NCBI GenBank assembly: GCA_051880995.1
Contig: JBJEPA010000279.1
Span: forward strand, 1 to 46,145
DNA: 46,145 nucleotides
Reading direction: 5' to 3'
From: Ruminococcus sp.
GTDB taxonomy: Bacteria; Bacillota; Clostridia; Oscillospirales; Acutalibacteraceae
In this document: positions 1 through 8,161 of the stretch, in pieces
Numbering within the stretch: the first letter of the stretch is position 1
Layout: every line of letters starts with the position of its first letter
Made by a program: the position numbers and the translations under genes
The notes under the pieces: generated by a model
What the model was told of the DNA's origin: nothing
Seen by the model: the letters and a program-made list of their open reading frames with translations, nothing else
Database searches by the model: none

Positions 1-1
1 A

Positions 2-1249
2 TATGCCTGTGATGGGGATGAATTAAGCTTCTCATACAAGCCTAATTACTGTAAATATGGAAGTAGTTTTACTACTACGGTAAAAGGCAAGGAAACCCTT
101 GCTTATGACATAATTAGTGATATAGGTGTTGTAATGGGCAAAGACACTTTTATTGACCCGATAGAGGTTGATGAATACACATACACTATTGATATTCCTT
201 GTGTTACCGGAGATATTACAATAGGTGCTTTAACTAATAGTTCTGCACATACAGTTCACGGAGTAGGATCACTTTGCTCTTTTACAACAAATTTGGAACA
301 TGTATCTTTCTATCAGTATATTTTAGGAGATGATGGAAATCCAAGTTGTTGTGAACCTATCGAAAGTCAAATTATTAATTATGATTATACTTTCTATTTT
401 CAAATTATTCCTGATGATGGATATGAAATAGTATCTGTAACACCAAAGCAAAGAACTTTGAATTATGAAACAGGAGAATATACAATATCTGAATACCCGG
501 TTATACAAGCAGATAAAAATGAATACCGTGTAAGAGGTTTTGGGGAACAGGTAATACTTGAGGGCGAAGTGAAGAAACTTCCGGCAGAGCTTTCCAAATC
601 ACAGTTAAGCCTTAAAGCAGGTGAAACACAGACCTTAAAAGTGATTAATGATACAGTAAAATCCTGGGCAACCTCAAATAAAAATGTTGCAACTGTGAAT
701 AACGGCAAGATAACAGCAGTAGGCAAGGGCACAGCAACAATAACTGCAACCCTTACAACAGGAGAAAAGCTTACCTGTAAGGTAACTGTTACAACTTCTC
801 CAAGTCTTACATCTACAACTGCTGTTTTAAAGTCAGGCACAAGCAAAACCTTAAAGGCTGTTGGCACAACGGTAAAGTCCTGGACTACTTCAAATAAAAA
901 GGTTGCTATTGTCAGCAACGGAAGAATAACAGCCCTTGACAAAGGCTCGGCAACAATAACTGCAACCCTTACAACAGGCAAAAAATTGACTTGCAAGGTA
1001 ACAGTTACAACAGCACCAAAGCTGTCCAAGGCAACGGTAAAGGTGAAAAAGGGCAATACAGCAACAGTAGCAATCATAGGTAAGGTTGCAACCATAAACA
1101 ACAATTACACAAACACAAAGTATGCAAAAATCACCTCAAAAGTAAGCACATCAATTCTGAAAATCAAAGGACTTAAAAAGGGAACAACTACACTAAAGAT
1201 TAAAGTAAACGGTGTTAAAACCCTGAGTTTGAAAGTAACAGTTAAATAA
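2..1249 (+). CDS. Surface/secreted protein with C-terminal tandem bacterial Ig-like (Big_2-type) repeats; 5' end lies outside the window
   Basis: Frame is open from base 2 (YACDGDELSF...) through the ATG at 134. C-terminus has Lys/Thr-rich repeats W-x-TSNK-x-VA-x-V-x-NG-x-ITA-x-x-KG-x-ATITATL typical of Big_2 domains. Confidence 0.8.
   Translation, partial: YACDGDELSFSYKPNYCKYGSSFTTTVKGKETLAYDIISDIGVVMGKDTFIDPIEVDEYTYTIDIPCVTGDITIGALTNSSAHTVHGVGSLCSFTTNLEHVSFYQYILGDDGNPSCCEPIESQIINYDYTFYFQIIPDDGYEIVSVTPKQRTLNYETGEYTISEYPVIQADKNEYRVRGFGEQVILEGEVKKLPAELSKSQLSLKAGETQTLKVINDTVKSWATSNKNVATVNNGKITAVGKGTATITATLTTGEKLTCKVTVTTSPSLTSTTAVLKSGTSKTLKAVGTTVKSWTTSNKKVAIVSNGRITALDKGSATITATLTTGKKLTCKVTVTTAPKLSKATVKVKKGNTATVAIIGKVATINNNYTNTKYAKITSKVSTSILKIKGLKKGTTTLKIKVNGVKTLSLKVTVK
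734..1011 (+). repeat. Intragenic repeat of the Ig-like domain, period 216 nt (72 aa)
   Basis: GCAACAATAACTGCAACCCTTACAACAGG occurs at 734 and 950. Confidence 0.85.
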
Positions 1250-1264
1250 CCTCTGATACAGCAA

Positions 1265-1298
1265 GCGAGCCAAGGGAAATTCCTTGGCTCGCCTTTTT
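1265..1298 (+). terminator. Intrinsic terminator after the Ig-domain gene
   Basis: GCGAGCCAAGG-gaaatt-CCTTGGCTCGC followed by CTTTTT. Confidence 0.85.
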
Positions 1299-1333
1299 AT
1301 ATTCTCTTTCTCTTTCTACCTATAAATCGTCAT

Positions 1334-2275
1334 TTACACCAACAAATCGTTGTCATTAATCAGCTTAAAGAGAATTTGGTTTGCATAAACAAGAGGTTTG
1401 TTGTTTACATAGAAAACCGTACCAAATTCCGTTGCTGTCACCTTTTTCAGCACCTGTCCGTCATAGGGGTTAATCACATCACCTATATGCTGATTTTTTG
1501 TCACCCTGTCCTCAACAGAAACAAGGGGTTTGAAAATTCCTGCAACGGGAGTTTTTATATCATTTAAGTCATCGGCATCAATAATAGTGGAGATATATCC
1601 TCCGTTTAGCTTGTACTTTATTATTCCGCTTTCATAAAGGAATCTTAGCACAGCACAAACAGCCTCCATTGCCGAATCCTCGTCAATTCTTTCTGTTTCG
1701 TGGGTGTATAGGGAATAGGACTTGGTTTCCCACATCTGCCAGTTGTAATTAAGGGTAGTTGTGTCAAAGGGGCGGGGATTTCGCTTTACAATATAGGGAA
1801 GTCCAAACTTTTTAGCCTCCTCCACATCTGTGGTTTCTGTCATCATCATTCTTATGTGGGGGATAAAATTTCCCGGCATATAGAATGAGGCAAACTGTAT
1901 GCCGTACTTGTAGTCCTTTACCTTTTCAAAAACACCACCTGCTATCCTTTGGGTAGTTTCTCCCAAATCATAGCCGGGGAACATTCTGTTTATATCCGTA
2001 TTATCAGTAGGCCAGAAACGCTTTCCGATATTCATTGAGGATGTGTTGATTGTGGGAACAACCATCACACTTTTCCCCTGGCAGATAAGGCCTTCCTTTT
2101 CTATTCTCTTAAGGCTTTTTACCAGCAGACCGCAGGTATAAAGCTGTTGAATTTCGTTTCCTCTTGTACTGCCCACAATACAGGCAGATTTTTCGCCAAC
2201 GCCAAACTGATACCCTGTTACACGTAGATTATCCCTGTAAAGGTTGCCCATTTCGTAAATAACCTGTTTTATCAT
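1334..2275 (-). CDS. M14-family succinylglutamate desuccinylase/aspartoacylase-like protein, probably inactive paralog
   Basis: Has DINRMFPG and a C-terminal biotinyl/lipoyl-like segment. The zinc motif reads RGNE instead of HGDE, and QFAS replaces DIHAS. Confidence 0.8.
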   Translation of the reverse strand: MIKQVIYEMGNLYRDNLRVTGYQFGVGEKSACIVGSTRGNEIQQLYTCGLLVKSLKRIEKEGLICQGKSVMVVPTINTSSMNIGKRFWPTDNTDINRMFPGYDLGETTQRIAGGVFEKVKDYKYGIQFASFYMPGNFIPHIRMMMTETTDVEEAKKFGLPYIVKRNPRPFDTTTLNYNWQMWETKSYSLYTHETERIDEDSAMEAVCAVLRFLYESGIIKYKLNGGYISTIIDADDLNDIKTPVAGIFKPLVSVEDRVTKNQHIGDVINPYDGQVLKKVTATEFGTVFYVNNKPLVYANQILFKLINDNDLLV

Positions 2276-3216
2276 ATCTGCTCATCCCTTTCAAGAATTC
2301 TTGCAATAAGAGAACCCTCGTCACAGATTGGATATTCTCTTAAGGTAAACAAAATTCCCTTGCAAGGGGATGTAATCCTTTCAAGGACTTCTCCTGTAAG
2401 CGGGTCAACCAAATCGCCGATATGAGTGCCTTCATCCACATTTACCCAGTGTTCAGCCACAGGGATAAACACCCCTGCAAGACCGGCGTTAATAAATTTT
2501 ACTTCAAAATCCTGGTCGTAGGAAATAACAGGAGTTCTGACAGGGGTCACCTCTCCTGTCCACATTCCCATCTCCTTCATGGTGTTGAGAATACCCTCAA
2601 CAAGCTGGTCGCCATACTTTTTTGTTATCCTCATTCCAACGCCCATTTCCACAACAAGAGTGGGAGTTCCTATGCTGTTAAGGGAATAGGCAAATGTGCT
2701 TTCCAGCACCGTTGCTGAGCAGTGCACCCATATAAAATCTACATTCATCATTTTAGCCAGTGGTACAAGCTCGTCCTTTGTTATTTCATTTATTCTTATT
2801 TGGGGGATTTCCATAAGAAAAATATTGCTTGCGTGAATATCAACGCAAAGGTCGGAACCGCTAATGTCCTCAATCACCTTGTGAGCAATGTACTCCGCCA
2901 TAGTTCCGTCCTCAGAGCCGGGGAAAATCCTGTTCATATCAAGGTCAAATGCCGGGATTCCCCTTGTGATGGAGTCGATTCCCAAGGGATTAAGTGCCGG
3001 ATAAATATCCACAATCCCCTTAAGACATTCCTTATGCTCCCTTATTCTTCTGCTAAGCTCATAGCAGACATACTGACCCTCCAGCTCGTCACCGTGAGTT
3101 CCTGTTACTATGCTTATCCGCTTTTCCTTGCCCGTTGGGCTCTGGGGCATAATCCGCTGTTTTTTTATGGTCAGCTCCTCGTCAACAGGTAGGCTGACCG
3201 ACGCAATGTTTTCCAT
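2272..3216 (-). CDS. M14-family succinylglutamate desuccinylase/aspartoacylase-like metallopeptidase
   Basis: THGDELEG, DMNRIFPG, VDIHAS and VVEMG motifs; 4-nt ATGA overlap with the next gene. Confidence 0.88.
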   Translation of the reverse strand: MENIASVSLPVDEELTIKKQRIMPQSPTGKEKRISIVTGTHGDELEGQYVCYELSRRIREHKECLKGIVDIYPALNPLGIDSITRGIPAFDLDMNRIFPGSEDGTMAEYIAHKVIEDISGSDLCVDIHASNIFLMEIPQIRINEITKDELVPLAKMMNVDFIWVHCSATVLESTFAYSLNSIGTPTLVVEMGVGMRITKKYGDQLVEGILNTMKEMGMWTGEVTPVRTPVISYDQDFEVKFINAGLAGVFIPVAEHWVNVDEGTHIGDLVDPLTGEVLERITSPCKGILFTLREYPICDEGSLIARILERDEQI

Positions 3217-3226
3217 TATAATCTCC

Positions 3227-4015
3227 TTACTGCTGGCTGACAGAAAGGTTCACCTCTTGCTGTTGATTTGCAATGCCAATAAAAATACCTTTGTTTACAC
3301 TGCAATCAGACGCATCTCTCCCCGATGAAATTTTGATGTATTCCTCATCCACCTTTTTGTTGTTTGTAGGGTCGTAGCCGTACCAGCTTCCATTACAAAG
3401 CACTTCAACCCAAGCGTGGGTTTCCCCCTCACCAACAAACATACCAACGGTGTACCTTGCAGGAATACCTTTCATCCTAAGCAGAGAAATCATTATGTGG
3501 GCATAGTCCTGACACACGCCCTCTCCCCTGCACATAGCCTCTTCGGCAAAGGTTTTTACACTTGTAACGCCCTTGGAGTATGTGAAAGTCTTAAAAAGCT
3601 CCGCCATAATTTTGTCTGCTGTTTCAAGGCTGTCCTCAATTTCCTCCAAAGAAAGCCTTTCGTAGTACTCCCTAAGGCTCTCCCCGGGCTTAGTCATTGG
3701 GGTTTGAAATTTAAAGACACCGTTTTTTATGGGGTCGGCATCTCTTTCTTCAGCAATGTCATATCCTGTGGAAACCTTGCCCCATACTTTTAGGCAAAAC
3801 TCCCTGTGAGGCTTACTTATCCTGCCATTCAGCACTATATTTCCAAAAGAATCTCTATCTTCTGTTACGCCTTCAGCATACTTAACATCATAGTGCAACT
3901 CATCAATCCTTTGCCTTGCGGTACTGCGGGGCAGGCATTTAAGACTAAAGCTGTGGTCTGTTACCGGATTATCCAGAACATTCACCAGGCTGTACTCAAA
4001 ATCTAAATGTCTGAT
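3227..4015 (-). CDS. Transglutaminase-like protein; start uncertain (ATC at 4015 or GTG at 3985)
   Basis: Cys-His-Asp triad in GVCQDYAH, THAWVE and YDPTN, plus GRDASDC. An RBS-like GAGAGG precedes the in-frame extension IRHLDFEYSL. Confidence 0.85.
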   Translation of the reverse strand: MRHLDFEYSLVNVLDNPVTDHSFSLKCLPRSTARQRIDELHYDVKYAEGVTEDRDSFGNIVLNGRISKPHREFCLKVWGKVSTGYDIAEERDADPIKNGVFKFQTPMTKPGESLREYYERLSLEEIEDSLETADKIMAELFKTFTYSKGVTSVKTFAEEAMCRGEGVCQDYAHIMISLLRMKGIPARYTVGMFVGEGETHAWVEVLCNGSWYGYDPTNNKKVDEEYIKISSGRDASDCSVNKGIFIGIANQQQEVNLSVSQQ

Positions 4016-4044
4016 AAAAATCTTCCTCTCGTCTTTGAGTTTTG

Positions 4045-4095
4045 TTAAGGAGACACTAAATAAATTCTATTGTGATTTATTCAGTGTTTCCTTAA
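4045..4095. mobile_element. Internally deleted 43-bp MITE-like element (family A) flanked by TTAA on both sides
   Basis: TTAA-GGAGACACTAAATAAAT...ATTTATTCAGTGTTTCC-TTAA; ends match the element at 21527-21685. Confidence 0.7.
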
Positions 4096-4112
4096 ATGCT
4101 AATGTATGCTTT

Positions 4113-4141
4113 ATTATATACTAAAATTATTTATTCTTCAA
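4113..4141 (-). promoter_or_regulatory. Putative internal sigma-A promoter for the transglutaminase and M14 genes
   Basis: TTGAAG-17 nt-TATAAT on the minus strand. Confidence 0.45.
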
Positions 4142-4799
4142 ATAGTTTGAAGAATAAAAGTTTTCCAATGCTGTAATCAAACTCGGGATTCTCCAGCATG
4201 GTTTTCAGGGTGTCAAGGACAACAGTGTTGTACTTCATACCAATCTGCCCCATTCTCTTCTCCATCTTTGTAATTTCTCTCAGAATTACTCCCGGCGCTC
4301 TTTCAAAGCAAAGGTATAGGTACACCCTTTCTATTCTCTTACCTGCCTTAAGGGCAGCACGAATGAGGTAGTCGTCTATCCTGTCGTCAACACAGCCCCA
4401 AAAGCCCATAATGTGGTCAATAACGCTGTACAAATCCCTCACCGAGGATTTTCCCGTTTTTGCCCTTTGTATGTCATATATTGCAAGCTGTATGTACGCC
4501 AAGGTTTCCGTATCAATATAGTCCCTCATTACAATGGCGTTGTCGTATGCCCTTGTAAGGTTGCAGATAATTGAGTTAAAGTTGTTTTCGTCATAGGGAT
4601 AGGCGGACAAAAAATCGTCGGCATCCTTGTAAATATCGGGAATATCAATCCTCTTGCAAATATCCTTGTAGAACTCCTTGTCGCCGTCAACAAACCTGTC
4701 CATACCGTCAAAGTACACCTTGATGGTGGAGTTAACCCTTTCGGTGTAACGTCCCAGCCACACCAGCCTGTCCATATTTTCTAACGTGATAATACCCAT
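4131..4799 (-). CDS. Alpha-E domain protein (DUF403-like)
   Basis: Two ER motifs (WLGRYTER, AGKRIER); overlaps the ATP-grasp gene by 19 nt, the usual partner arrangement. Confidence 0.85.
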   Translation of the reverse strand: MGIITLENMDRLVWLGRYTERVNSTIKVYFDGMDRFVDGDKEFYKDICKRIDIPDIYKDADDFLSAYPYDENNFNSIICNLTRAYDNAIVMRDYIDTETLAYIQLAIYDIQRAKTGKSSVRDLYSVIDHIMGFWGCVDDRIDDYLIRAALKAGKRIERVYLYLCFERAPGVILREITKMEKRMGQIGMKYNTVVLDTLKTMLENPEFDYSIGKLLFFKLFEE

Positions 4800-6094
4800 G
4801 TGTCTTTAAATCCTCCTCCCTGTGAGCTGTTTACAATAAAGGAGTCCGGAACTCGTGAAAACCTTGTAAGTCCGCTTTTCCATACCCTTACATCCTCACC
4901 ATAAAGGACAAATGCCCTTAGGTCAGCCTTGCGAGGTACCTTTTCTCCTTTTTCAAAAATATTAATGTCCTTAAAGTCTATTACCTCCTGGGCAATAAAT
5001 CTTCTTGGCTCTGTTTTTATCATATTGATAAAATTCTCTTTCTCTTCCTTTGTCAGCTTGTTGCCAAACACAACTCCGTAACCACCTGCCTCGGCAACAT
5101 CCTTGATTACCAAATTGTCAAAGTTATCCAGCACATACTTCATATCATCGGGGTAAAAAGGCAGATATGTTGGGGCATTTTTTGTCTTGCAATCCTCCCC
5201 AAGATAATACTTGACCATCTTGGGAACAAAGTAGTATATACCCTTGTCGTCTGCAATTCCGTTGCCCGGGGCATTCAGCAGGGCAACATTGCCCTTTTTG
5301 TAGGCTGTAAACAGGTGAGGAATACCAATAAGGCTGTCCTCACAGAAGGTCATGGGGTCAAGGTATTCGTCACTTATTCTCCTGTAAACAGCGCCAACCC
5401 TTTGCTTTGCACCGTTGTAGCCAACATGGTAAAGGTTGTCGTTTTCCACCACCAAGTCGTTGCCTGTGCAAAGGATAGCACCTGTCCTCTCGGCAAGGTA
5501 GCTGTGCTCAAAGAAAGCCGCATTGTACCTACCCGGAGTTAAAATGACATTAATTCCCCCTGTATTAACATAGTTCATTGTTTCCTTAAGCAAATCCGCA
5601 TAATCACGGTTATCCTCAATTTCGTTGCTGATAAAGGTTTCCGGCGAACTTCTTCGACAAAACTTTCGTGCAATCATTGGGTAGGATGCACCGGAGGGAA
5701 CCCTTAGGTTATCCTCAAGGATATACCAGTTGTCATCCTTGCCCTCAACCAAATCTATACCTGAAATGTGGGAGAAAATACCCTTTGGGGGCAATACACC
5801 GTCACAGGGCTGTAAATAACCCTTTGCAGAGTATATAAATTCCTCCGGAATAACTCCGTCACGCACAATATTCTTGTTTCCGTAAATATCCTGCAAAAAA
5901 CAGTTTAATGCGGTTACCCTTTGCTTTAACCCAACATTCAGTTTGTCAAAGGCATCTTTTGTAATGACCCTGGGTATGGGGTCAAAGGGGAAAAGCTGTT
6001 CCTTGAATTCACCGTGCTTGTATATGCCGAATTTAACACCGTATCGAGCTAAAAGCTCATTGATGGTGTCGGTATGACTGTATAGTTCTTCCAT
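4781..6094 (-). CDS. Circularly permuted type 2 ATP-grasp protein (predicted peptide ligase)
   Basis: FPFDPIPR, SGIDL, LEDNLRVPSGASY, NAPGNGIADDK, ADLRAF, GLTR and VNSSQGGGFKDTWV motifs. Start placed at MEELYS (6094) after RBS AGAAAGAGG. Confidence 0.92.
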   Translation of the reverse strand: MEELYSHTDTINELLARYGVKFGIYKHGEFKEQLFPFDPIPRVITKDAFDKLNVGLKQRVTALNCFLQDIYGNKNIVRDGVIPEEFIYSAKGYLQPCDGVLPPKGIFSHISGIDLVEGKDDNWYILEDNLRVPSGASYPMIARKFCRRSSPETFISNEIEDNRDYADLLKETMNYVNTGGINVILTPGRYNAAFFEHSYLAERTGAILCTGNDLVVENDNLYHVGYNGAKQRVGAVYRRISDEYLDPMTFCEDSLIGIPHLFTAYKKGNVALLNAPGNGIADDKGIYYFVPKMVKYYLGEDCKTKNAPTYLPFYPDDMKYVLDNFDNLVIKDVAEAGGYGVVFGNKLTKEEKENFINMIKTEPRRFIAQEVIDFKDINIFEKGEKVPRKADLRAFVLYGEDVRVWKSGLTRFSRVPDSFIVNSSQGGGFKDTWVLSR

Positions 6095-6123
6095 ATTATC
6101 GCCTCTTTCTAAATGCAACAGGT

Positions 6124-6205
6124 AAAAAAAGACAGACAAGGTTCTAAGGGACACCATTGTCTGTCTTATTGTTAAAATATTATCATACTTTATTACCCGT
6201 GTCAA
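6124..6205 (-). promoter_or_regulatory. Sigma-A promoter followed by a leader terminator with an overlapping ANTAR-like hairpin
   Basis: TTGACA (6205-6200)-17-TAATAT (6182-6177); stem AAGACAGACAA/TTGTCTGTCTT then a T run; competing hairpin GAC-AATGGT-GTC at 6161-6150. Confidence 0.6.
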
Positions 6206-6309
6206 CACAGATAAGCATTATTTTGCAATTTTTAATAAAAATCTTGCAAAATCCCGAACTTTCTTCTCCCCTAATCTTTCAGAAATTTTCACCTTATCCG
6301 AATGTATAA

Positions 6310-7155
6310 TCAATCTCTGTTAACTTCAAACATAAGGTAGGCAAATGCATATTCGCCGGTCATATCGCAAAGAGGAATAACACCGTATTTTAATAAATTA
6401 TCTGTTGAAGAATATATCCCCGACTTTGAGGAAAGCCCCTGCAAATACAGAGAAATTCCCTTATCTCTGCACTTTTCGGCAAGTATCTTCACCAAATTTT
6501 CGTTTGCAGTTCCGCTGTGGTATCCCACCAAAAGCACCGCTTTGACTTCACTTGAAAAATCAAAAAGGCTGTAATCCGCAAAGGGATATTCCTTGAGAAT
6601 CATCACTTTATTTTTGAATTTTATTTCAGAGTTAACTTGGGGATATTTGTCTGAGCACTGCCCTAATGAGAATTTGTCGGTAAAGCAGTTTGCCTCCATT
6701 ATGCAATTCGCAGGGTAAATTCCGTCAAATACTGTCCAGACACCAGTCTTGTTTTCCCTTACAATATCAACAGCTTTCTCAAAGTTAGAAATGCCGTTGC
6801 TTGTGGGGTCTGAAAGCACCTTGTTTGCACCTGTCAGTACCACGGGAATCTTATATTCCCTGCAAAAGATAGAAACCATTGCTGAGGTGTAGGACAGGGT
6901 GTCGCTTCCGTGGGTGATGATTATTCCGCTGTACTCCGATGTGTCCTTGCTAAGCTCCTGCAAAAGCAACTCCCAATGGCAAGTATTTATGTTTTCAGAA
7001 AGTATGGAATAGGGATATACCTTAACAAAATCAATATCACTATCCCCTTTGTTTTGCCAAAGGGCTACTATATCCTTATTTTTTTCGTTGCTGATAACAC
7101 CGTCCTTTTCCTCACTTCCCACCGTACCGCCGGTCATAATTACCTTAATTTTCAC
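6310..7155 (-). CDS. Asparaginase/glutaminase-family protein, short and divergent
   Basis: TGGT and HGSDT motifs, PVVLTGA; no signal peptide; 281 aa. Confidence 0.8.
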   Translation of the reverse strand: MKIKVIMTGGTVGSEEKDGVISNEKNKDIVALWQNKGDSDIDFVKVYPYSILSENINTCHWELLLQELSKDTSEYSGIIITHGSDTLSYTSAMVSIFCREYKIPVVLTGANKVLSDPTSNGISNFEKAVDIVRENKTGVWTVFDGIYPANCIMEANCFTDKFSLGQCSDKYPQVNSEIKFKNKVMILKEYPFADYSLFDFSSEVKAVLLVGYHSGTANENLVKILAEKCRDKGISLYLQGLSSKSGIYSSTDNLLKYGVIPLCDMTGEYAFAYLMFEVNRD

Positions 7156-7166
7156 AAAATCACCCC

Positions 7167-7198
7167 AAAAAAACAGCCGTCTGTTTCCAGACGGCTTT
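7167..7198 (-). terminator. Intrinsic terminator after the transketolase genes
   Basis: Minus strand AGCCGTCTG-gaaa-CAGACGGCT then GTTTTTTT. Confidence 0.8.
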
Positions 7199-7214
7199 AA
7201 ATTATAATTTAACT

Positions 7215-8159
7215 TTAGCTGTTAACTACCTGGGTAATAACCTTTTTGATATTTGTTTCGGTAAGTCCGAAAATCTCAAGGAGTTCCCAGGCAGGGCCTG
7301 AATAACCAAAGCGGTCATTCACACCGATTCTTGTAACAGGAACAGGACAATACTGGGAAGTAACCTCACAAACAGCGTCGCCAAGACCGCCGATTACATT
7401 GTGCTCTTCAACAGTAATAATTTTACCTGTTTCCTGAGCCGCCTTAATAATAATATCTTTGTCAATAGGCTTGATAGTATGAATATTAATTAACCTTGCG
7501 TTGATTCCTTCTTTTTCCAAAGCCTCAACAGCCTTCTTAGCCTCATTGACAACAAGACCTGTTGCAATAACTGTGACATCGTTACCCTCGTGGAGTGTGA
7601 TGCCCTTGCCAAGCTCAAACTCATAGGTTTCCGGGTCGTTAAAGGAATCAATAGCAAGTCTGCCAAGTCTGATATATACAGGGCCCTTATGCTCAAGGGC
7701 AGCCTTTGTAGCTGCCTTCATCTCCCAGTGGTCAGCAGGGTTGATTACTACCATATTAGGGATAGTTCTCATAACGCCGATGTCCTCAAGGCACTGATGA
7801 GTAGCTCCGTCCTCTCCTGTTGAGATACCTGCGTGTGAGCCGGCAATCTTAACATTCAGGTTAGGATAAGCAACGGAATTTCTGATTTGCTCAAATGCTC
7901 TGCCTGTTGCAAACATTGCAAAAGAAGCTGCCACAGGCTTTTTGCCTGCTGCTGCAAGACCTGCTGCAACACCAACCATATTGCCCTCAGCAATTCCGCA
8001 GTTAATAAATCTTTCCGGATATTCCTTTTGGAATATACTTGTCTTTGTAGCTGCTGAAAGGTCAGCGTCAAGAACTACAATATCTTCATCAGTCTGGGCA
8101 AGCTCACAAAGAGCCTCGCCAAAGCTTTCTCTGGTTGCTTTTGTAACTTTCTCTGCCAC
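7215..8159 (-). CDS. Transketolase C-terminal subunit
   Basis: DADL, GIAEGNM, GEDGATHQ and TVEEH motifs. Confidence 0.93.
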   Translation of the reverse strand: MAEKVTKATRESFGEALCELAQTDEDIVVLDADLSAATKTSIFQKEYPERFINCGIAEGNMVGVAAGLAAAGKKPVAASFAMFATGRAFEQIRNSVAYPNLNVKIAGSHAGISTGEDGATHQCLEDIGVMRTIPNMVVINPADHWEMKAATKAALEHKGPVYIRLGRLAIDSFNDPETYEFELGKGITLHEGNDVTVIATGLVVNEAKKAVEALEKEGINARLINIHTIKPIDKDIIIKAAQETGKIITVEEHNVIGGLGDAVCEVTSQYCPVPVTRIGVNDRFGYSGPAWELLEIFGLTETNIKKVITQVVNS

Positions 8160-8161
8160 GA

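Noticed and set aside
734-1011. Repeat pair as a possible DGR template/variable repeat or CRISPR
   Set aside because: It is an in-frame domain duplication; differences are not adenine-specific, there are no spacers, and no reverse transcriptase or cas gene is in the window.
463-1104. 213-aa minus-strand ORF
   Set aside because: Antisense shadow of the Thr/Lys-rich Ig repeats; no RBS or recognisable motifs.
6095-6208. 38-aa N-terminal extension of the ATP-grasp ORF
   Set aside because: It runs through the promoter and leader terminator; the RBS supports ATG 6094.
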